In this document: piece by piece, positions 8,863 to 14,605 of the stretch
Layout of the letters: the number at the start of each line of letters is the position of its first letter
How positions within the stretch are numbered: position 1 is the first letter of the stretch
Origin: an uncultured Candidatus Saccharibacteria bacterium
Lineage (GTDB): Bacteria; Patescibacteriota; Minisyncoccia; Phycocordibacterales; UBA9973
Assembly: GCA_964365245.1 (NCBI GenBank)
Contig: CAYIOX010000002.1
Span: 1-33,604 of the forward strand
Length of the DNA stretch: 33,604 nt
Direction of reading: 5' to 3'
Translations under genes and position numbers: made by a program
The notes under the pieces: generated by a model
The model's input: only the letters and a program-made list of their open reading frames with translations
What the model was told of the DNA's origin: nothing
The model's database searches: none

Positions 8863-9732
8863 TTACCTACTAAATGAAAACTTTTCTTTAAGTCCGTCAG
8901 ATTGCATGATTATTGTGCCAAGCAGATCAGTGCGAAAAATTTTTACGCCAAATGAAATCAATGTATCCAGCGTATCTTTATGCGGATGGCCATAATTATT
9001 ATTTTTACCATTTGAAATAAGAGCATAAATGGGTGCTACAGCCTTCACGAATGAGGCACCAGTAGAAGTGCGAGAGCCATGATGTCCAACTTTTAAAATA
9101 GAACTCTGAAGATCGCCAGCTCTATTTTCTTTTAAGATTATTTTCTCTGTTTCAATCGTAGCATCTCCAGTCAACATGACAGATGTTTTTCCATAAGATA
9201 ATCTGCCAATGATTGACCCATCATTGCTGTCCCATAATGAGACATCTCTGTCTGGAAATAAAATGTCGATAATCGCACCACCACCAATATCCAACCTCAT
9301 GCCCTTTTTTGCTAAAATATTTGGAATTTTTTTATTTTTTATTTCTATTTTTAAATTTTGATAAACTTTTGAATCATTATATGTCCCCGGTTTAAAAACT
9401 TTGTCCACTTTATAGGTTTTTAAGATGTCTAAAAATCCCCCGATGTGATCTTGGTCCGGATTGGTGACAATAATGGCGTCTATATGTTTGTCAAACGGAG
9501 ACATCACACGCGCAAGAGCACTTAAAATTTTTCTCGGTGGTCCACCATCCACTAATACTTGTGTGCCAGTTGGAGATTCTATAAAAAGCGCGTCTCCTTG
9601 ACCGACATCCAACATCGCAAAGGTGAGATCTTTATTTAAGCTTTTAAAATCAAGGAAAAAAAGATAAATAGTTCCTAAAAAAAGCAAAAAGACGATAAGA
9701 GGTAAAAGATATCTCTTGCGATTTTTCAGCAT
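8863..9732 (-). CDS. Stand-alone membrane-anchored metallo-beta-lactamase-fold protein of the ComEC C-terminal domain type
   Basis: N-terminal TM helix YLLPLIVFLLFLGTIYLFFL. ComEC-MBL-like MLDVGQGDALFIE, LTGDATIETE, KVGHHGSRTS, NNYGHPH. The HxHxDH motif reads NPDQDH (checked at the DNA level). Confidence 0.8.
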   Translation of the reverse strand: MLKNRKRYLLPLIVFLLFLGTIYLFFLDFKSLNKDLTFAMLDVGQGDALFIESPTGTQVLVDGGPPRKILSALARVMSPFDKHIDAIIVTNPDQDHIGGFLDILKTYKVDKVFKPGTYNDSKVYQNLKIEIKNKKIPNILAKKGMRLDIGGGAIIDILFPDRDVSLWDSNDGSIIGRLSYGKTSVMLTGDATIETEKIILKENRAGDLQSSILKVGHHGSRTSTGASFVKAVAPIYALISNGKNNNYGHPHKDTLDTLISFGVKIFRTDLLGTIIMQSDGLKEKFSFSR

Positions 9733-9738
9733 GCTATA

Positions 9739-9747
9739 ATACTAGCA
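9739..9747 (-). promoter_or_regulatory. Extended -10 TGcTAGTAT, 6 nt upstream of the MBL-gene ATG at 9732
   Basis: Minus strand reads ...TGCTAGTATtatagcATG. Confidence 0.35.
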
Positions 9748-9778
9748 TGACCCTTTTATTATAATAATCGGGGTCATG
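9746..9778. promoter_or_regulatory. Inverted repeat CATGACCC-N17-GGGTCATG in the divergent MBL/sod intergenic region (possible operator or hairpin)
   Basis: 8-bp perfect arms at 9746..9753 and 9771..9778. The AT-rich 17-nt spacer contains TATAAT-like hexamers on both strands. Confidence 0.3.
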
Positions 9779-9795
9779 GTGAGTAAACACGAACT

Positions 9796-10419
9796 ATGAA
9801 AAAATTTGAAGAAATAAAATTTAACCTGCCTGCGCAGGCAGGTATCGTCCAATTAAAAGGAATTTCGGCTAAAAATATCGAGGAGCATTTAAAACTCTAC
9901 GCTGGGTATGTAAAGAATGCGAATTTGATTTTAGAAAAAATTCCTGAATATAAGGGCTACGAAAAAGAAGACGCTTTTGCACCCTATGTAGTGAGCGAAA
10001 TTCAGCGTAGATTTAGTTTTGAATTTAATGGAATGCGAAATCATGAATACTATTTCAAATCATTAGAGGGTGGTGCAAAGCCACTGCCGGCTCAATCTCA
10101 ATTAAAATTAGCTATAGAAAAAATGGGAGTGTCTTTTGATGTTTGGTTAAATGGGTTCAAAACCCTCGCAATGACCCGTGGCATCGGCTGGGCAGTGCTT
10201 TATTATGACAAACAGACAGACCAATTGATACAAACATGGGTAGATGAACAACATTTAGGTCAACTAAACGGACTCTCGTGGATTTTAGGTATTGATATGT
10301 GGGAACATGCTTATGTCTATGACTACCCAACTTCAGAAAAGAAAAAATACGTTGAAGCATTTTTTGATAATCTAAATTGGGAGGTAATCGAAAAAAACTT
10401 TAAAAAGGCTCAGCAATAA
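9796..10419 (+). CDS. Fe/Mn-family superoxide dismutase (divergent N-terminal helix)
   Basis: 207 aa. Aligns by eye with FeSOD: IEEH (first His ligand), FNGMRNHEYYF (second His), GIGWAVLYY, DMWEHAYVYDY (Asp and His ligands), NWEVI. The usual HYGKHH reads HLKLY. Confidence 0.85.
   Translation: MKKFEEIKFNLPAQAGIVQLKGISAKNIEEHLKLYAGYVKNANLILEKIPEYKGYEKEDAFAPYVVSEIQRRFSFEFNGMRNHEYYFKSLEGGAKPLPAQSQLKLAIEKMGVSFDVWLNGFKTLAMTRGIGWAVLYYDKQTDQLIQTWVDEQHLGQLNGLSWILGIDMWEHAYVYDYPTSEKKKYVEAFFDNLNWEVIEKNFKKAQQ
9824..9843. repeat. Perfect 20-nt G+C-rich palindrome ACCTGCCTGCGCAGGCAGGT inside sod
   Basis: Self-complementary over all 20 nt. Encodes NLPAQAG in-frame. Shares CCTGCCT/AGGCAGG arms with 11719..11738. 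Confidence 0.85.
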
Positions 10420-11893
10420 ACTGTTTTATACTCCTACCAAAAAGTCTATAGATAAAATAGGCATAGATTAGTATGGTTAAACCTAATGGAAAATTTGGGA
10501 AAGTAAAAGCAGCAAAAGGTAAATTTGAGAAAAAACTGACGACCCAGAGTTCATAATGGAGAAATAAATACGAAATAAATCCGAATGGCACACTAAATCC
10601 ATGCCAAATAAGTCCGACGAAGCCGGTCATAAAACCGAACAACATTGTAAACGGAATAAAAGGAAGAATTAACATATTCGCTGGAAGCGCAACCAAAGAC
10701 AAATTGCCCATTTTGTAAAGAATAAAAGGTAAAACAAAAACATAAGCAGAAAAAGTTACGGACATAATATCTCGTAATTTAAAGAAATCTGGCACCCAAA
10801 GGAAATATTTTTCAACTCTGGGGGCTAAAAAGATAACTGCAATAGTCGCAATAAAAGAAAGCTGAAAAGAAACATCATACACAAGCACAAAGGGATTAAA
10901 TAAAATCATAAACACACCAGCCAAAATCAAAGCTCGCGCCACATCATAATTCCTGCCAGTTGCTCGAGCGATGAGCACGAGCACAGCCATTACCCCAGCT
11001 CTTATAGCCGTAGAACTTCCACCAGTCATTAGTATAAAAAATAAAATAGCCAAAATACCCATTCCAATACCGAGATTTTTTGGCAAAAAAACAAATAATT
11101 TCATTATCCACTCTGCCACTATCGTCACATTATATCCAGACAATGCCACTATATGTATGGTGCCTGTATTCACAAAACTCTCTCGCAAAGACTGATCAAA
11201 AGAAGATTTCTCCCCTAAAATAAGCCCACCCATTAAAAGTGACTCAGGGCTTTGAATTGCAAAATTCATCTTTTCTAAAAATTTTTCTTTTACAAAAAAG
11301 AGTGCACTTTTTAAAAAATTACCGTTACCCCTAGAAACAATTTTAATAGTCGGATAACTCATCACATACAAAATCCCGTCTTTACGTAAATAATTTATAT
11401 AATCAAAATCTTTACCTTGATCTGTGATAAAATTCTCCGGCTTTTCTAATTTACCATAAAAATTCACTTCATCACCATATTTAAAATCATCACCCAAATC
11501 TATTGTCACTAAAATTTTTGTTTTCTCCTTCTCTAGGAAAATTCCTATAGCCAATTTCTGATTATTTTCTCCAATACTTGGTTCATCTACAATTTCTCCA
11601 GAAAAAGAAGCTTTCTGTCCGACTTTTGACTCGAAAACACTCGGCGCCGGCAAATCAACTACAATAAATCTAAAGACACCCAAACAAAAAGCTAAAACAA
11701 AAATAGAAAATAATACCCCCTGCCTACCGGCAGGCAGGCACTTGTTTTTAGAAATTAGAGAGAAAAATAAAAATAAAGAAAAAGAAATTACTCCAAACAA
11801 AATAATTAAATAGAAATTTACAGAAACAAGAGAGCGCAAAAGCACCCCAAAAATAAAACCGAAACAAATTGTATAGAAAATCTTATCTCGCAT
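10400..11893 (-). CDS. comEC: ComEC/Rec2 DNA-uptake channel protein, N-terminal OB/DUF4131-like plus competence (TM) domains only, with no MBL domain
   Basis: 497-aa polytopic ORF with a soluble insert (KASFSGEIVDEPSIGENNQKLAIG...). Competence-domain signatures GTIHIVALSGYNVTIV and MTGGSSTAIRAGVM. Its 3' end overlaps the sod 3' end by 20 nt (convergent). Confidence 0.85.
   Translation of the reverse strand: MRDKIFYTICFGFIFGVLLRSLVSVNFYLIILFGVISFSLFLFFSLISKNKCLPAGRQGVLFSIFVLAFCLGVFRFIVVDLPAPSVFESKVGQKASFSGEIVDEPSIGENNQKLAIGIFLEKEKTKILVTIDLGDDFKYGDEVNFYGKLEKPENFITDQGKDFDYINYLRKDGILYVMSYPTIKIVSRGNGNFLKSALFFVKEKFLEKMNFAIQSPESLLMGGLILGEKSSFDQSLRESFVNTGTIHIVALSGYNVTIVAEWIMKLFVFLPKNLGIGMGILAILFFILMTGGSSTAIRAGVMAVLVLIARATGRNYDVARALILAGVFMILFNPFVLVYDVSFQLSFIATIAVIFLAPRVEKYFLWVPDFFKLRDIMSVTFSAYVFVLPFILYKMGNLSLVALPANMLILPFIPFTMLFGFMTGFVGLIWHGFSVPFGFISYLFLHYELWVVSFFSNLPFAAFTFPNFPLGLTILIYAYFIYRLFGRSIKQFIAEPF
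11719..11738. repeat. Near-perfect 20-nt G+C-rich palindrome CCTGCCTACCGGCAGGCAGG inside comEC
   Basis: One mismatched pair out of ten. Encodes CLPAGRQG in a loop between TM helices, in the same CTG-CCT-GCx (LPA) frame as the sod copy. Confidence 0.8.
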
Positions 11894-11910
11894 TTAAAAA
11901 TACTTAAATT

Positions 11911-12435
11911 TTATTTTCCTTGTCCCGTAGTGAGCTCTGCTCTACTACCGGGATTAAGTTCCACAGGTTCACCTTCCGCAAAACTTGTGGCTATGAGGTC
12001 AGCGCGATCATTGTATTTGTCTTCATTGTGTCCTTTTACATAAGTCCATTTAGGTTTCAACTCTTTTACAAGAGCATAAAGTTCTTCCCAAAGTTCACGA
12101 TTTAAGACTGGCTTCTTCCCAGCATTTCGCCAATTATTTTTCTGCCAATTGAAAATCCACTCTGTGATACCCAAAATCACATACTTGGAATCTGAAACAA
12201 TCTCTATGTCAAAGATGCCCTTTGACATATTGGATTTTAAATATTTTAAGGCTTCTATGGGTGCAGTCAGTTCCATTTGATTATTCGTAGCATGGTCTAC
12301 TTTTCCACCTATCTCATGTACACCCTTCGAGTCGCCAGAGTTTTGTGCTAACAAAACGACAGCGCCCCAGCCAGCTCTCCCCGGATTTCCCTTCGCCGCC
12401 CCGTCGGTATAAATTGTAATTTTTTTATCTTGCAT
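11911..12435 (-). CDS. rnhA: Ribonuclease HI
   Basis: 174 aa. TDGAAKGNPGRAGWGAVV, NNQMELTAPIEAL, VSDSKYV, NDRADLIA (DEDD residues). It carries a C-terminal tail of about 25 aa. Confidence 0.92.
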   Translation of the reverse strand: MQDKKITIYTDGAAKGNPGRAGWGAVVLLAQNSGDSKGVHEIGGKVDHATNNQMELTAPIEALKYLKSNMSKGIFDIEIVSDSKYVILGITEWIFNWQKNNWRNAGKKPVLNRELWEELYALVKELKPKWTYVKGHNEDKYNDRADLIATSFAEGEPVELNPGSRAELTTGQGK

Positions 12436-12441
12436 AAATTT

Positions 12442-12450
12442 ATTTTATCA
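12442..12450 (-). promoter_or_regulatory. Extended -10 TGaTAAAAT, 6 nt upstream of the rnhA ATG
   Basis: Minus strand reads ...TGATAAAATaaatttATG, in the 22-nt gap after the recJ stop. Confidence 0.4.
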
Positions 12451-12457
12451 CAAAGTA

Positions 12458-14164
12458 TTAAAAAATATCCTCGATCCGCAAACGCAACTCTTCTCTTCCC
12501 CGAAACCTTGATAAATCAAAAGTGGCAAGCAGGTTTACAGCAATACCTTCTGATAATTTTTTCTGAAAAGAATCGCTATTAGAAAAAAAAGACACCGCTT
12601 TGGCTCTATTTAAATTAAAATCAGAAAAAGTAATTTCTAAATGTTCACCAGAACCATTTTTGCCAAATTTTTTTATCTTTTCTATTTTCACACTTTCAAA
12701 AAGAAAAATTGGTTTCGGATTGCCAAAACCAAAAGGTTCAAGCTTCTCTATTTCACGCCAATTTTTCATATTTACTGCATTTAAATCCAGCTTCAAATCA
12801 AACCCCTCCTGACTCCCCTTATCAGGGGAGGTTCCCATTTCTCCTCCTGACAAGGAGGAGCTAGAGGAGGTTGTATTTTCTTGTTTTATTTTACTAAAAG
12901 AATTGGATAAAGCTTCTTCCAAGAAGAATATCTTCTCATTATAAACAGAAAAACCTCCAGCGAGTTCATGTCCGCCAAAATCCATAAAAGATTCCCTCGT
13001 TTCAGTCATAAGTTCTACTATTGAAACCGAACCGTCACTTCGGCAAGAGCCCTTGATGCAGTCATTTTCATCTTTGCCCCAAACAAAAACAGGCTTTTGG
13101 TATTGGTCAGAAATTTTTCCAGCAACAAGCCCCAGAACACCCACTCGCCATTTCGGATTACCCACCACTATCACCTCTCTCATTTCTGTTGTCTCAAACT
13201 TTTTATGGACCTCGCGCATAATGCTTGTAACAATAGTCTTTCGATCATTATTTATTTTTGATAAATGATCCGCAAGCATTCCGGCCTTCACTTCGTCATC
13301 AGTCGCAAGAAGTTCAAAAGCTCGCATCGGATCATCCATGCGGGATGCGGCATTTAGGCGTGGTGTTACCATAAAACCCACATCATCAGGAGAAAGATGT
13401 TTCTGAACAATATTCATCTTGGCGAAAAGCTTTTGTAAACCGGGGCGAGGAGATTTCTTCAACACCTTCATTCCAAAATACGCAATAGCTCTATTTTCTC
13501 CCGTAAGCGGAACCATATCAGAAAGTGTGGCGAGACCCGCCATATCAAGCATCCATTTTTCTGCCCCTTCTCGGGTTTTAAAATGTTCTTTGTATTTTTT
13601 AAGAAAACCCTGCGCAAATTTAAAAACAACACCCGCCCCACACAACATTTTTTCGGAATAATTATCTACTTTGGGATTCAAAATTGCACAAGCGCGAGGT
13701 AAAACTTCTTGAGGTAAGTGATGATCAGTAATTATCACATCAATGCCGTCAATTTTAGCCTGCGCTACTTCAGCCACAGCTGTGATTCCCAGATCAACGG
13801 TTATTAAAAGTTTTATCCCAAAATTAACAAACTTTTCAATAGCTTCTAAATTCAACCCATAACCTTCAGAATTTCTCTGCGGTATGTAAACTTCGTAATT
13901 TTTATATCCCAAAAGTTGAAACAAGTCATTTAGAATCACAGCCCCGGGTATGCCATCGCAGTCATAATCAGCATAAATAACAATTTTCTCTTTATTCTCT
14001 ATAGCCTCATATAGACGGACACAAGCCTTCTCCATATCGCGCATTAAAAAAGGATCATGCAAATCTCGTTTGTAGTCTGGATTTAAAAAAATCTCTGCTT
14101 GTTTTTCGTTAACAATACCCTTTTTCTCTAGGAGGGTTCTCAATAATTCACCATATTGTTGCAT
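12458..14164 (-). CDS. recJ: Single-stranded-DNA-specific 5'-3' exonuclease RecJ
   Basis: DHH-family motifs ADYDCDGIPG, ITVDLG, IITDHH; DHHA1 FGGHELAGGFS. Start placed at ATG 14164 (MQQYGELL...). The ORF-track start at 14251 would run through the HIT gene start. Confidence 0.92.
   Translation of the reverse strand: MQQYGELLRTLLEKKGIVNEKQAEIFLNPDYKRDLHDPFLMRDMEKACVRLYEAIENKEKIVIYADYDCDGIPGAVILNDLFQLLGYKNYEVYIPQRNSEGYGLNLEAIEKFVNFGIKLLITVDLGITAVAEVAQAKIDGIDVIITDHHLPQEVLPRACAILNPKVDNYSEKMLCGAGVVFKFAQGFLKKYKEHFKTREGAEKWMLDMAGLATLSDMVPLTGENRAIAYFGMKVLKKSPRPGLQKLFAKMNIVQKHLSPDDVGFMVTPRLNAASRMDDPMRAFELLATDDEVKAGMLADHLSKINNDRKTIVTSIMREVHKKFETTEMREVIVVGNPKWRVGVLGLVAGKISDQYQKPVFVWGKDENDCIKGSCRSDGSVSIVELMTETRESFMDFGGHELAGGFSVYNEKIFFLEEALSNSFSKIKQENTTSSSSSLSGGEMGTSPDKGSQEGFDLKLDLNAVNMKNWREIEKLEPFGFGNPKPIFLFESVKIEKIKKFGKNGSGEHLEITFSDFNLNRAKAVSFFSNSDSFQKKLSEGIAVNLLATFDLSRFRGREELRLRIEDIF
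12803..12870. repeat. G+C-rich hairpin-forming segment inside recJ encoding a low-complexity linker
   Basis: Hairpins CTCCCC-ttatca-GGGGAG (12813..12830) and CTCCTCC-tgacaa-GGAGGAG (12841..12860). Direct repeat CCTCCTGAC at 12805 and 12843. Encodes SSSSLSGGEMGTSPDKGSQEG. Confidence 0.75.
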
Positions 14165-14171
14165 GGGGCAA

Positions 14172-14180
14172 ATTTTAGCA
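14172..14180 (-). promoter_or_regulatory. Extended -10 TGcTAAAAT, 7 nt upstream of the recJ ATG at 14164
   Basis: Minus strand reads TGCTAAAATttgccccATG. Confidence 0.45.
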
Positions 14181-14185
14181 TAATT

Positions 14186-14194
14186 TGCTACAAT
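14186..14194 (+). promoter_or_regulatory. Extended -10 TGcTACAAT, 6 nt upstream of the HIT ATG at 14201
   Basis: Plus strand reads TGCTACAATatactcATG. It sits back-to-back with the recJ element, 5 nt apart. Confidence 0.45.
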
Positions 14195-14200
14195 ATACTC

Positions 14201-14593
14201 ATGAACACATGTATTTTTTGTAAGATAACAAAAGGAGAAATACCAGCACACAAAATATACGAAGACAAAAATTTCTTGGCTTTTTTAGATATCCAACCAG
14301 TTGCTGATGGACATATGCTTATCATTCCCAAAAAACACATTGTTTGGATGCAAGAAGCAGATGATAAGACAATATCAGAAATTTTTAAATTATCTAAAAA
14401 ATTAATGCTTGCGATAAAAAATGGATTAAAATGCGGATATGTTCAACTTTCTATTAGTGGTAAAGATGTTCCCCATTTCCACATACACTTGATACCTAGA
14501 TATTTTAAAGACAATCTACCCATGTTTCCAACAAAAAAATACAAAGAAAAAGAATCAATCAAAGTGGCTAAAAAAATTATTCAAGAGCTTTAA
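14201..14593 (+). CDS. Histidine triad (HIT) family nucleotide hydrolase/transferase
   Basis: MNTCIFCKI... and the HxHxHxx motif VPHFHIHLIPR. Start placed at ATG 14201 rather than the ORF-track 14156. Confidence 0.9.
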   Translation: MNTCIFCKITKGEIPAHKIYEDKNFLAFLDIQPVADGHMLIIPKKHIVWMQEADDKTISEIFKLSKKLMLAIKNGLKCGYVQLSISGKDVPHFHIHLIPRYFKDNLPMFPTKKYKEKESIKVAKKIIQEL

Positions 14594-14605
14594 ATTTTTA
14601 GACTA

